From the human T2T-CHM13v2.0 reference genome, Homo sapiens: 64,000 nt of DNA. Below the pieces are notes generated by a model. That model saw nothing but the letters and a program-made list of their open reading frames with translations. It was not told the DNA's origin and did no database searches. The stretch is from the NCBI RefSeq assembly GCF_009914755.1, contig NC_060928.1; one strand, given 5' to 3'. The position numbers were made by a program, and so were the translations under genes. This document shows positions 31,581-45,856 of this stretch, one piece after another; positions within the stretch are counted from its first letter, which is position 1; every line of letters starts with the position of its first letter.

Positions 31581-32399
31581 ATATATGTTCAATAATATGA
31601 GATTTAATTAAAAATACCTCATTTTATTCCACCCATAACCATGTAGACAACCAGGTGTCATCATTATTTATCCTCTGATAAAACTGTGCTGCTTTTTTTC
31701 TTCTTATTGCCTGAACTTGTCTTATTTGCATTCAATTTTATTTTCAAATTTCTCAGTTTGAAAATATTGAAGGCCTCCAAGAAATATAAAAATGTTTACA
31801 GATAAACTAAATCATACAGAATGCTTATTAATTAATAATTAGTCCAGGATGCACCTCTCCGATCCTCTCCTTCCTCAGATTCCACAAATTCTATTGGTTC
31901 AATAGGAAGAATTTTTCTTGATATCACAAATGGGCCCTTACTCTCACCACACACTGATTCAACTTGGCATCGAATGCCCTTATATTTTCATTTGTGTGGT
32001 ATATTTTGCAAGATAGGTATGCTGGGACCAAGGAGGCATGTAAATATACACATAAAAAAACTGGATAGCAAGATTTCTTCGTCCTTTAAGACTTGCAGTC
32101 ATTCATTCAAACACCATTTATTGACCATTTATGGTCAAAATACATCGGGCGTTACAGAGAAGAGAGCTTTTCTACTCCCAAAGAGCTCAAGATTAAAGTA
32201 CCTAAGCCTGCTTCACAATGGACTGAGTTTAACAAGTATTTGTTGAAGGGCCAGTGTGTACAAAGAAACATATTGAGTATTGTAGTAAAGATATAAAGAT
32301 TAAAACAATAGAATGCTTCCTTCTAAGAGCCTTGTGTAATTGCTGGGTACATGACCTATAAGTAAACAATACATCCAAGACAGTACATTCCAATAACAG

Positions 32400-32620
32400 T
32401 GACAGTGCTAACATTGTAGAGCACTTAGATTGCACCAAACATGCTTCTAGGTATGTATGTGTATTATCAATTTAATTATCTTACGTATTGTCTGTATGAG
32501 ATATTGTTATCCTGATTTACACATGAGGAAATGAAGTACAGATGTTAGATATCTTTTCAAAATCATATAGCTACTAAGTTTAGCATCCTTGATTTGAATG
32601 CCTATGGTTGAATTAAGTTG
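32400..32620 (-). mobile_element. MIR remnant
   Basis: gctaacattgtagagcactta...ttatcctgatttacacatgaggaaatgaagtacaga...gatttgaat. Confidence 0.7.
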
Positions 32621-35600
32621 GTTAAGACCCCAACTTAACCATAGTGATATATTGCCTCTTTTAACTGATATGTATGTGAAAAAAAAGAAATCTAATATAT
32701 ATGATATATCTAAAACAATTAGAATTAGTTGTAGGCTCCTCATAGTTTTTTCTTTTTTTTTTTTAAGGTGGCTTATGGATTACATTTTGAATAAGATTTC
32801 AGTGGGCTGAGATGGAGGGTGGATTTGGAATGCAATGGAACTGTTCCAATCTGAGGAGACAATATGAACAGGGGTGCTGCAGTAATATGCTGTGGAAGTG
32901 ATCTACAAACAGTCACAAACTCTGGATGAGAAAAAGGCATAAGATGAGAGGAGTGGGAATTAAAGCTAGAAGTTGTGAGGGGAGCAGTGCTACAGCAATG
33001 AGAACGCTTTAAATCTTTGAAAAGGATAAAACCCTAAAAGCTTAGACCACCTGACAAGGTGTGACAGCCTAATCTTTGTGAGGTATTTGAAGAGGTCACC
33101 ACAGCTGTCTGAACTCGAAGAACTGTGACTCTCTCCCGTCCCTGAAACAATCCCTGCTGAGTTCCAGGCAGCCAAGGGAGGTTCTGCTTAAATGACTGCA
33201 TAAAATCATCCTTAGCATATGGGGCTTGAAAGTAATGCTGCGTGTTGTCAGATACCACCAGTTATAACTGTCTCCAAGAGCAAAGGTAAGAGCGTGAGCT
33301 ACGCCATATATCGTGGCTTCTTTCTGGTCCTGTTGCCATCAAGATCCATTCAGAGGCTCCTGGACAAAATGGTTGACTTGAGTACCTTCATCCTTGAGAA
33401 TGTGAAGCAGATGAAAATCATTTCTTAATTTGTGGTGGAGAAAGGGAGAGGCAAGGTCGGAGTGTCCATTTAAACAAGACAGTCACTTATGCCCTTCTGA
33501 GAGATCAGCAATCAAATGGCTGTATTAAAACTGACACACACTGTATCCAAAAAGTAAAATGATACTTTTTAAGAAGAAAAACCATCCCAAAAGTTAGGCA
33601 GAATTATGTCCTTGGCCTTCAGAAAAACACCGCAGCCAGGACAGAATCGCTTCATGTTCCTCTGCTCTTTTCTTCCCTGTGTTCTGCATTATTACTTGCT
33701 AAATCAATTGCAGCTGCTGACCTCGGTCCAGTGCATTTAAGCCCTTTCTTGGGGCCTCTTTAGTGCCCTTTGAGAATTTCACCCATAACTCCTTCTCAGT
33801 TCCCTAAGCTGTCTTGACTTCTCTACCAGAAAATTGTGATTATATTTATAACAGCATTTTGAGAATATTTCACCAAACTGCTAACAAACCCTGTTTTATA
33901 CAACCAATACATGATGCCTTCAATGCCTTTTTCTCTGCATGATGGCCTAGATTAATGCACTATATAATGTGTGTAAATATAGCCATGTTTCTTCTTTAAA
34001 AGTCATTAAGAGGGTTTTAATAAACATTGAAATGATCAATGTGTTAATTGGCTCCTGATAATGTTTATCAAATATTTAGGAAAAGAAAATAAAGTACCAT
34101 ATGGCAAATAATCCAATTCAAGAAAGTAGTTTTAGTGGAAGAGATTTGTTTAATAGGGATAGAATTTCAACAAGAAAAGCTTTTTTAAATACAAATGGGA
34201 AAAAGAGGTAAGAATTAGCTTAAGTAGAATTTAATGCAACATTAGGTTTGCAAATTTAATTGAACAAAGTTAGAAAATTTGAAGTTTACATTACAAGAAC
34301 AAGTCCAAATTCCGTTTGTTGGTTATGTGTCATGGAACACATAGATTTTACACTTATTTGTATTATTTGTCAATAATAATGTTCTACATTGCAAAACTAA
34401 TGACCTACAAAAATACTTTATCCATTTCCATATCTGAGGGCCCGTCTAGTCAAAGGGAGGAAACAGCTATGCAATACAGGTAAAATTCAATGTAATTATC
34501 CTTTATACTTCTATCACTTCTTTAAATTGTGGAAAACAAATAAAGATATAAATATAGAGATAATTTATCTATACCTCTATCTATCATCTCTCTATCTATA
34601 TGTAGGTATTTTTGTCCTTTTACATTGTCTAGCTAAGGTATTTCAAATTATTATAAATTTAAATTTCATGCAATAAAAATTAATGAGTAAAAGAAAGACA
34701 CATTTAATTTTTCCCTTGAAGCTTACCCTAAAAACAGCACAAAGGATAAGCTTGTTGAAGGATGACAGGGGCACAGATGTTGACTGTGCTAAAAATCTAA
34801 AAGAGAAGAAAAGCAAAATCCAAGGGCTAGGGAATAATAAAAGGTCCAGGATCTCCTTTTACTTACCTACAAGTGCCACAAGACTTTTCATGCTAAGAAA
34901 AATGCTTATGCTGCCAAGAAAACGGTGACATCTCCTAGTCTCTACTTGCTTCATGGCAAACAAATAGCTATTCCAGTTTATTAGAAAAACTGGGCTTAAT
35001 CTCTGCTGAACATTTATTTCCAACTTTCTGGCATTGTTTTTCATTATGGGTTAATGGAGGCAGAGAATCTTACTACTTTCTGCCCTGGGACTTAAAGCTT
35101 TTCTATTGTATGCACACTTTTTCTTTCACATTTTTATAAAGTAATTAAACTGATACCCCAACATTGATCTTAAACAAAACTTAGAATGGGGAATTTTTTT
35201 TCAGGAAGTCTATTATTGTTACTGAAGAATTTCAAATTAAAGAGACATAGGCAGCAGGATATGCAACAAAAAATAAGATTTATATAAGGTAAGTCATAAT
35301 TTTTTAAAATGTGAAATTAACAGAATAACATGAAGAGGAATTCTACATTTAAGACTTGAAGATTTATGGAATTTTAAGGAAATACATGTTCTGAGGGATG
35401 CAAGAAAATAAAAATGAGAAAAACTAAATGAGTCAGAAATAGATATCACAGAAATTCTATGTATTGTTATATAAATTCTTACTGAATTTTCTGGGATAAG
35501 ACATTATATTCAGAAAAATACGTAATATTCGGTTCATATAAATTTGTGATGATTCTTTTAAGTGAAAAATTATTGTTTAAGGTTATACTTATTTTCAACA

Positions 35601-35880
35601 TTATGATACATTTAAAAAATAATTTGAGTTTATGATGCAAATGAAAGTTGTTGGTATAACTTATTCACTGAGTAATAGACAGTCTATTTATTTGGGTTAT
35701 TAGATGTGTTTTTTATTTATATTGTACTAAAAACACCTGCAATACTAAGCAATACCCTGCTTCTCTAATCTATTATAATAATTCATTCAGCATGACATTG
35801 AACAGCTTCAACAAAATGAGTAAAGAATTTAAGAAAATCTCACTTTTGTTAGAGAGCTAGCTACATAATTGTACTGTTAC

Positions 35881-36193
35881 GTTATTATTATTATTATTTT
35901 ATTTCTTTATTTTTATTTTTATTTTTTGAGATGGAGTCTTGCGCTGTCGCCCAGGCTGGAGTGCCGTTCCACGATCTGGGCTCACTGCAAGCTCCGCCTC
36001 CTGGATTCACGCCATTCTCCTGCCTCAGCCTCCGGAGTAGCTGGGATTATAGGCACCCGCCACCACGCCTGGCTAATTTTTTTTTGTATTTTTAGTAGAG
36101 ACGGGGTTTCACCGTGTTAGTCAGGATGGTATCCATCTCCTGACCTCGTGATCCGCCCACCTCGGCCTCCCAAAGTGCTGAGATTACAGGCGT
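35881..36193 (-). mobile_element. AluY, slightly 5'-truncated, with (TTA)/(TTTTA)n tail
   Basis: Antisense AluY diagnostics gcaagctccgcctcc, ttcacgccattctcc and caccgtgttag. Confidence 0.96.
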
Positions 36194-36227
36194 AATCTCA
36201 GCCTAATTTACTCTCAGCCTAATTTAA

Positions 36228-37945
36228 ACATATAGTATTCAATTATTAGCTATATTCACCATACTATGTAATTGACCTCAAAAAATGTTTTTTAAACCAT
36301 CCTTATTCCTTCTACCTAACTGAGGTTTTTACCCTTTGACTATCATCTCCCCTATTTCCCCACACTCCTAGCCTCTGGTAACTACCTTTGTATTCCTTGG
36401 TTCCATCAGTTCGAGAATTTTAGATGCCAAATTTAAATGAGAACATGTGGTATTTGTCTGTCTTTGGTTTATTTTACTGAGCATAAAGTTCTTCAATTCC
36501 ATTCATGTTTTCAATAATGATAGATTTTTTTTCTGTTTAAAAGGTAAATAGTATTCCATTGAGTATATTTACCACTTTTCTTTATTCATTTCTCCCTTGA
36601 TGGACAGACACCTAGGCTGATTCCATAACTTGGCTATTGTGAATAGTACTACAATGAACATGAGAGTACAGATATCTCTTCAACATAAAGATTTTTAATC
36701 TTTTGGGCAAATACGCAAAGGTGGAACTGCTGGGACATATGGTACTTCTATTTGTAGTTTTGTGAGGAAACTTCATACTGTTTTCATAATGGTTGTGGTA
36801 ATTTACATTCTTAACAACAGTGTATAAGGGCCCCCTTTTCTCCACATCCTCGCCAGCACTCGCTATCCTTTGCCTTTTTGATGCCATTCTAACAGGTGTG
36901 AGATGTTACCTCATTGTGGTTTTCTTTTACATCTCTCTAATGACTAGTGATAATAAGTGGTTTTTCATGTATCTGTTAGTCATTAATGTCTTCTTTTGAC
37001 AGATGTCTATCCAGATACCTTGCCCATTTCTTAAACAGATTATTTATTTTCCTTCTATAGAGTTTGACTTAATTATATAATATTGCGGATATTAATCCTT
37101 TATTAGATGTATGGCTTGCAAATATTTTCTCCAAATTGGTAGGTTGGCCTTTTCACTCTTTTAGTTGTTTCCTTTGTTGTGTAGAAACTTTTAATTTCAT
37201 TGTAATTCTATTTGTCTATTTTTGCTTTTATTGACATGCTTTTGGGGTCAAAGCTAAAACATCATTGTCCATGTAGATTTTCCCCTATATTTTCTTCCAG
37301 TAGTTTTACAGTTTCAAGTCTTTAAGTCCTTCTTTAATCCATTTTCAGTTGATTTTTGTACATAATAAAAGAGTCCAATTTCATTCTTTTCCATCTGGAT
37401 ATATAGATTTCCCAACCATTGAAGAGAATATTATTTTTCTATTGTATATTCTTTGTAGCTTTGTCAAAGATCAATTGACCATAGATGTGTGGGTTCTTTT
37501 TAAGGGTCTCTATTCGGCTCTATTGGTTAATGTATCTATATTTATGCCAGTACCATGCTATTTTAATTACTATAATTTTGTCAAATAGTTTAAAAATGGG
37601 TTGGGATATCTCCATCTTTGTTCCCCTTGCTCATGATTGCATAAACTTTAGGCTTTTTTTGTGTGTCCATATGAATTTTGGAATTTTTTCTATATCTATG
37701 AGAAATGACATTAAAATTTTTTATAGGCATGTCATCAAATCTGTAGATTGCTTTGTATAGAATGGACATTTTAACAATATTAATTCATCCAGTCCATGAA
37801 CATGGGATGTCGTTCCATTTATTTGTGTCTTCTTCAATGTCTTTCATTAACTTTGTATAGTTTTCAGTGTACAATCTTTCACAGCCTTGAATAAATTTAT
37901 TCCTAAATATTTTTATAGCTATTGTATATAAAATTGTTCTTCATA
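36228..37945 (-). mobile_element. L1MA-type L1 (3'UTR and ORF2 C-terminal part)
   Basis: Antisense motifs tagcctctggtaactacc, ggctgattccataacttggctattgtgaatag, tttatgccagtaccatgc, aatctgtagattgcttt. Confidence 0.9.
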
Positions 37946-37957
37946 TTGAGAGAGAAA

Positions 37958-37966
37958 GTGTGTGTA

Positions 37967-37997
<31 letters not shown>

Positions 37998-38010
37998 TAT
38001 ATATATATAA
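37958..38010. repeat. (TG)/(TA)/(CA) simple repeat
   Basis: Read directly. Confidence 0.9.
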
Positions 38011-40274
38011 GTTTTATATTTAGGCCTATTTAAGAGAGCACAAACAGACTATAGTGTTGTTATTATTATATTGTTACAGTTATGGTTTTTATTTTTATGT
38101 AGGCCAATAGCAGAGACAAATTGCCTAATAGGTCCCTGCATGTAAAACAGTTTGTTAAAATTTAACTCAAATGTAACCAAAAGGGTTATTTTTTCTTATA
38201 TAGCCTGCTAAGCTTTCTTAGTTACCCAATGATGACTGCAAGCCTACTGTAAAGTCTACAAAGAGATGGACTTTCATAATTACTATAACTGCCACTCACA
38301 GAGCACATCATTTAATCCTCACAATAGCTAATAAATACATTGTCAACATCAAACCAGAATTGGCAGAGTGAGGACCAGAACTCAGGTCCTAGGTTTCTGT
38401 TTTTTTCACTCAAAAACACTCCTCATTGCTTTATATTGCTGGGACTCACTAACGTCTTATGTATGAATGGATATCTTTTGTAAAGACAGTGAAAGTGATA
38501 TGCTAGTCTCTGAATTGTAACTATATTATAAGTAGAGACAACAGATGCCTCTATATGAGCAGATTATCACTGGCAACACTGGTCTTAAAGCTAAGACTAG
38601 CTGACTTAGATTAGAATACAAGATGAATTGTGGTACAATTCATACAAAATGAATTGTGGTGTGTGATGAATTCAATGCACACTGTTCAAGACTCCGGAAG
38701 GAACAGTCAAATTGGAATCCACAGGATATAACCTTGACTCATGTCCTAGAGATGTGCATTGATTTGGAATTTCATGGAGGCTATTGGTGCCACAAATCTG
38801 CTTATTTCGAAAAACACTGTGAGTGAGAATTAATTATTATAAGGCAGTGTTTGCAATCCTAAAAGTAAAGGTAAAACTCTGTTTATAATAAAGTCAATTT
38901 CCCTTCAGTATCTGCAACAGAAAATAGCAACATTATGTGTTATTGTTGAAAGTTTAGGCAGCAGTTGTTGTTTTAACTGAAAAGCTTTTTAATATTAGTG
39001 ACATTTCACAAATATAATGGCATTCAAGTTTATAAGCCTTTGAAATATTTTCAATAGTTAAACTTCATACTGTAAATGCCTATTAATTACATATGTGTAC
39101 ATTAGTGGATTGATACATATATACAATGTTTACCAAATTTATTATAAGAATAAATGTGGAATTACTTTGGAACTTTAATAAATTATCCATCTAAACTTTA
39201 TTTGAAATGAAAAGAAAACACAAAACAACAAAATTCCATCTACAACCAAATGATGAAATAATGTATGTGTGTGTGTATATATAATGTATAAATATTTAAT
39301 ATTATAGGACATCAAAACAAGTATATATATATATATTTGACTCCCTTCAAACCATATGGAAAAGTTTCTAACAGGGAGAGTAAAATCAATTGTTTTTAAC
39401 TATTGTGAGAAAATGTCTCAAGAAATCACTTTTTTGCTGGAAATGTCTGTTGCTATTGTTATCTCACTAGTTTTAATACTATTTCATCCAACAAACTGAC
39501 AGCTGTTCACTTTATTCTGCAGTAGCAAATTGCAGTTGCCACCAATTAGGGAATGTACAGCATACTTTCTTTCAGTTTTTTAGTTTTTCTTTATTTTTAT
39601 GGTAGTTTTAGTACAAACTTCAGCCTGTTCTGCAACAGTAGAATGTTTTTGTTTAGAATTGTAAAGTTTCTTCATAACCTTTTTATATCTGAAAAATAAT
39701 TTAATTATAACTAAAATAATCAATATTTCAATTTAATCATGAATTGCGATGTATGTAGGTATCACTGTAATCATGTTTCCAAAAATATTTTAAAAACACA
39801 TTACAGTGTTATATCTGTGCATTAAAAAATAGAGCTGAATTAATTTGTTGACATTTACCAAATTGGTGGTATATTTATGTGTAATAATAGAAACAATGCT
39901 TGTGCTCAGCTTGAGGCCTGCAGTAGAATAATGCTATCCTATACGATAATGATTAAAGTGAAATGTAATCCTATCAAAACAGCAAAGTTTATGGAATGCA
40001 AACATATTTACAGTGCTTCAGTTTTTAACCTTAGATGAAAAGAAAATTAATTAAATTAAAAATTTCAGTTCCTTAGTTGCACTTGCCACACTAACAGTGC
40101 TCAATAGCTGCATAAATCAACCTAGTTCTAAGTGGTCCTATTCTATTCTTTAAGGTTGGTAATTTCAGTGTAATACAAAAGTTGCTAAAATGACAAAAAT
40201 ACCCACATGTATTTGTTGCATATATAGGTTCAATTCAACTGTTGTTGCTAACCTCAAATCAAAAGAAACTATAA

Positions 40275-40568
<294 letters not shown>

Positions 40569-41546
40569 TCCACACCTTGTTTCTTCTTTCTTTGTCATTT
40601 TATTTCACTTTTATATTAATTGTTAGTGCTTATTTTATGCATTCTGAAATCCATCTTACCCTTGACTTCTGTTTCCCTTTTTTTTCTGTAAGTATAAATT
40701 TATTTTTTTCCACTTTTTATATGTCATATTCCCCTCCTTTGGTTTTTTTCCTTTCTTAGTTCCTTTGGAAACTGCAAACATTTGAGTATTAGAATCACAT
40801 CTACTTCAGTGTAGCATCTTGCATAAAATGTCTTACCCAGAGTGATCAAAAAGTATTATGACATGCATCTATAGGAAGCTCTCAACATCCATCAACAGAC
40901 TTCTCTTCTGGCTGCCTTTGTCATTGAAATGTGAATTTTGCATAAGGACATCATAGAAGGCTATAAGGTCAAAAGTGAAATATATTATTTTTCAGATGAA
41001 ACACTGTAATGTGTGTACTGATTATAATTAGCCTTCCAAATAAGGATACTTCAGAATGCCACAGAAATATGTTCTTTATCCTATTCTCTTTAAAAATCTT
41101 TCCTCTAGTTTCTGTGGTGAAAACACTAAAAGCAATTAAGACCTTTGCCTTCTTTTCTATAGAAGTAATGTAAACAATTCTATGTTGGTTAAATTATCTC
41201 AGAGTAAAGCAGTCTTTTAATTGCAAGCTAGTGTATGGCATTTTTGCTATATTCAATTTAAGCCATGCCAAATAATTCTCTATGGAAAATAACAAATAAA
41301 AATCACATCCTAACTACCAATTTTTCTCTTAATCTGTTTTGGTAAATAGGATAGAAGGAAATATAGTTATCTCTGTCAAAAAATAAACCATTTTTATCTA
41401 TAGAAGAGAAATGGGGAAGAATCCAAAGATAGAACAAAAGCCTGAAATCAAATGTTTCAGTTAGTATGTGGAAATGAATGTACAGTATGGATTGCATTTA
41501 CATATGATAGTCCAATCAGGCAAGTTTCTCATTTACAGGTGTTTCA

Positions 41547-41876
<330 letters not shown>

Positions 41877-42031
41877 GGTAATATTCTAGAATCTGGTGAT
41901 TGGGTTTTCTGTTCTTTTGGACTCATTTGGACTAACTGTCTTATCAAGAGACTTCATTTGTCCCGTCTTACATCTTACCGACTGCATCATCCTGTGTAGG
42001 GTATAGACATATTTATTTCAAGAATACAAAT

Positions 42032-42249
42032 TAGGAGTAGGCAAACTACAATTTTTTGGACAAGTAAGACCCTTGGTCTATTTTTGTATGCTGTACACCC
42101 AGCTAGGAAACATTTTTAAACTGAAAAATTCTTTTAAAAAAGAAAAGAAAAGAAAAGAAAAGAACTAGTGTGGAGTGGAGACCAAATATGGCCTGTAACC
42201 CTAAATTATTTGCTCTCTGGCCATCTAAAGAAAAGTTTGCCAACCCCTG
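42032..42249 (+). mobile_element. MER58 (hAT-Charlie MITE) with internal (GAAAA)n
   Basis: TIRs taggagtaggcaaact and agtttgccaacccctg; internal atggcctgtaaccctaaattatttgctctctggcc. Confidence 0.8.
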
Positions 42250-43628
42250 TGTTATGGGAAAAAAGTGCTTCTATGTTATTGACATTATTTTGGGGTATAG
42301 TGCTCATGTTAGCCCTCTTAGCAAATGCACTTATTGTTTTATTATGAATCTCCAAATTTTTAAAATAAAAACACTAATTTATTTTTTTAATCATTATTTC
42401 TGCTTATTTTCTTAAACTTCTCAATTTCTTGTGTGTGCATATGTAGGATGGTCATGTTATTCATCAATTTTTCAGAAATTGGCTCCTTATTCCCCTTTAT
42501 TCCATCAGGATTGATTTCCCTCAATATTCAAAATAATTTCTTATTTATTAAATCTGTTAAAATAACATGCATTTGCTCATATAGCATCACTGCTTGTGTA
42601 TCATTCTTCAGACTATAATTAGAAATATGTCTGTTAAATAATTTATGTTTGGCCATTTTCCTTTCGTCTACAAAGTGCTATTTCCATTTGTGAACTATTT
42701 TATCTTCTTGCACCAATAATCTATAAAACGGCATCTTGTTTTAAACTCCTTATCAAAGTGTGGATAAGCTCTGATACTTAAAAAATATCAGATTGGTTCT
42801 TGAAGCATTAACTCATTATCTGAATAAATATGGTTTATTATTTTCTTATCACTGACCTGCAGTAGCACCTGATCTTCAGGAAAATCAAGTTATATGAAAT
42901 GACAGCCTTGACCTTATAACCTCCCTTCTGTCATGCATGTCACTGTGCTTAAACGAGAAGGCTGTTGCATGTTTAATATATCTTATTCTTAACATATATA
43001 TGACTAAGAATTTATAATAATTAGGTTCATTTTTGCATCAAATATTGAAGTTGTATATAGCCTTGGTTCTGCTTTAATAATTGAACAAAATTTAACTTGA
43101 TGAATTATTTCACGCAGCAATGTTTTGTAGAATAACATTTTCTCCCAAACACCTGTAGTCCTCTTTAATTCTGTTTCCACTACATTTAAATGTTGTAAAG
43201 ATTCTGTATCTCTGTATATTTATTTTCATTTGTTTTAATTACATTAACAATTAACCAACCTAAGGACACAGCACTAATTACCTCAAATAACCATGCCTTA
43301 GGAAAAGGGCTATTTAGAAATAAGAAGTTCATTTCTATAATCCCTCAAGTACAAACAAACAAAAAAATTGTTGTAGTTTAAATTTCAGAATTTCGGATTC
43401 CAAAGGTCTTCAGAGGTCCTAATGCTATTTTTTTCATGAGATTATGATGTTGTTATTAAAAAATGAGACATAGTGCAATCTCCGAGAGCTTGTCAGGACT
43501 TCAGCTACCCAAAATGTTCTAGAAATTTTAGCTCCAGAGCAGTGATTCCCGGATATCCCACCAACTAGTTCAATCTTTCTTCCTCTTTATTCAAACTGAC
43601 ATTTCCCTGCTACCAAAGAGAAATATAA

Positions 43629-43765
<137 letters not shown>

Positions 43766-44102
43766 AAAAATTATATTTTAATGCTCATTCTTTCAGGTTT
43801 TCAATATGAATTTCTTTAAGACTTCTGAGTCTTTATCCCTGACTTTTAAAGTTATCACCTAATGATATTTGCTATGTCAGAATCCTCCTCCACACAATAA
43901 CCCAACATGAGATAATTATTTTTATTAAAGTAGAAAACTGAGACTTGAAATGATAGTCTAAAATCACACACTTAGTCCTCTGCAGAATTGGCACTTTATT
44001 CCAAATGCTTCTAAAATCAGTGGCCATAAATTTGTTCACCAGTTTACACTAAAATCTATTAATGGACATGATATTTAAACAAAAGACCATAAGGCTTATA
44101 TT

Positions 44103-44480
44103 CTTACGTCAGCTTGGCTCTTCCAAGGAGCAACATTAAAATGGATTAGATATGGAGAAGATAGATTGGCTGAAATGCCTGTAAAGCATAAAGGGGAAAG
44201 GAGCTGGGCGAGCTTTCGATCTGTTGCATGTCTGACACCTCAGAAGGAGAGAGGAAAAGAAGAGGACTGTTTATTAAGAGTCTCAGCTTGCAGCATATTT
44301 CCAAGAAAGGTTCACTGAGGCAGACAGATGAGTGAATACTTGAGCCAAAGTTGCCTCTCCTTGCTAGAATGGAGCTGCCAAACTCAGTCCTGGCTGAGAG
44401 CAAGTTGCAGGAACAGGGCCTCAGCTTAAAAACGGTGGGGCTGTCAACTATGCTTCTCACAGCAGAAGATCTAAGTAGTG
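44103..44480 (-). mobile_element. LTR16-like ERVL LTR
   Basis: gaaatgcctgtaaagcataaagggg...tgcatgtctgacacctcagaaggagagagg...gagtctcagcttgcagc resembles antisense LTR16. Confidence 0.65.
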
Positions 44481-45154
44481 CTGCAAAGTCTTCAAATTAT
44501 GAAAGATCATATGTTTTAAATAAAAATCCAAGACAATGGATAGCTATGAACATGCATGTGAATTACGTTCTATTTATAGCCTTAATTGGAACCTAGGGAT
44601 GTGTGAGTGGTGGATAGAAGGCTAAGCATGGAATTCAAGAGGAGAATATGATGAAGGTTTCTCTGAACAGAGGTTAGAAGAGCAAATGTCTGTTGATCAG
44701 CTCTGTAAGTGCTAGTGCTGTTGAAAGGAGTGAAAAAAAATTCAGAATTCAAGGAGGGAAGAGTAGTGGAAAGAGACAGTAAAGTCTAAAATGTTTTCAT
44801 AAACTGCAAGAGGACTGAGACAGAAACTGGTCGTAAGAGAGAGACTGAAGCAAGATGATTCTAAGACCCAGGAGCAATGGGTCCATTGGGTAAGTGGGAC
44901 AACACTAGTAAACCAGGATAATGGGGCAGAGAGAGCTTCAGGTCCTGCAGGCCACCTGCATGCAAAGGGGCAAGGACATGATTAAAAGAGGAAATGAAAG
45001 AGACCATGTAAATCTTCATTGGCTCTGGGAAAATCTGGGATGATTGCTGAAAATAACATTTTCAACATCTGTGACTCAAACTAACCTTTAATAATTAGAT
45101 GTTAAAAACTTGCAGTTACTTTCATCATATTATGTAAATATAAGCTGTGTCAGT

Positions 45155-45302
45155 ATTGTGTGTGTACATATATATATACACACATATATATTGTGTATGG
45201 GTATGTGTATATATATATACACATATATATTGTGTATGTGTATATGTATATACAGAAATATAAAAGGAAGGAAATATATATATGTATGTTTATATATGTA
45301 TT
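45155..45302. repeat. (TA)/(TG)-rich low-complexity repeat
   Basis: Includes a duplicated tatatatacacacatatatattgtgtatg-like unit. Confidence 0.9.
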
Positions 45303-45522
45303 TCAAGTAGTAACGTCTCTTATGAAATTCTCTCCCCTCCACCCCAGTTTGTGTCTTCCTAAAGTCACTGATTTTCTTTAGCCCCAATCTAACCCTTTAC
45401 CAAGTGTTCTTTTAACAGGGATTTAGTATTAACCAAGGAAAGAGAAGATGAACAATGTTTTATGTTGATATGCTTTCAAGGGGAGTGCATTTTACTAGGC
45501 TGTCTTTTAACACTTTCTTGAT

Positions 45523-45856
45523 ATTTTTATTTTATTTTTAAAATTTAATTTATTTAAATTGATAAATAACAATTGTACATATATCTGGGGTACATAGTGA
45601 AGTTTCAATACATATAATGTATCATCATCAGGATAATTAGCATATTCATCATCTAATACATTTGTCACTTCTTTGTGTGGAGAGCATTCAATATCTTCCT
45701 TGTAGCTATGTGAAACTACATATTATTGTTAACTGTAGTCATCCTATAGTGGTATAGAACACTAGAAGTTATTCCTTCTATATAGCTGTAATTTTATATT
45801 CTTTAACCAGTCTCTTCTTATCCATTCCTCTTTCCTCCCCTTCCCAGTCTGTAGTA
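45523..45856 (-). mobile_element. L1MA 3' end fragment
   Basis: aattgataaataacaattgtacatatatctggggtacatagtga...aattagcatattcatcatct...agaacactagaagttattcc. Confidence 0.88.
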
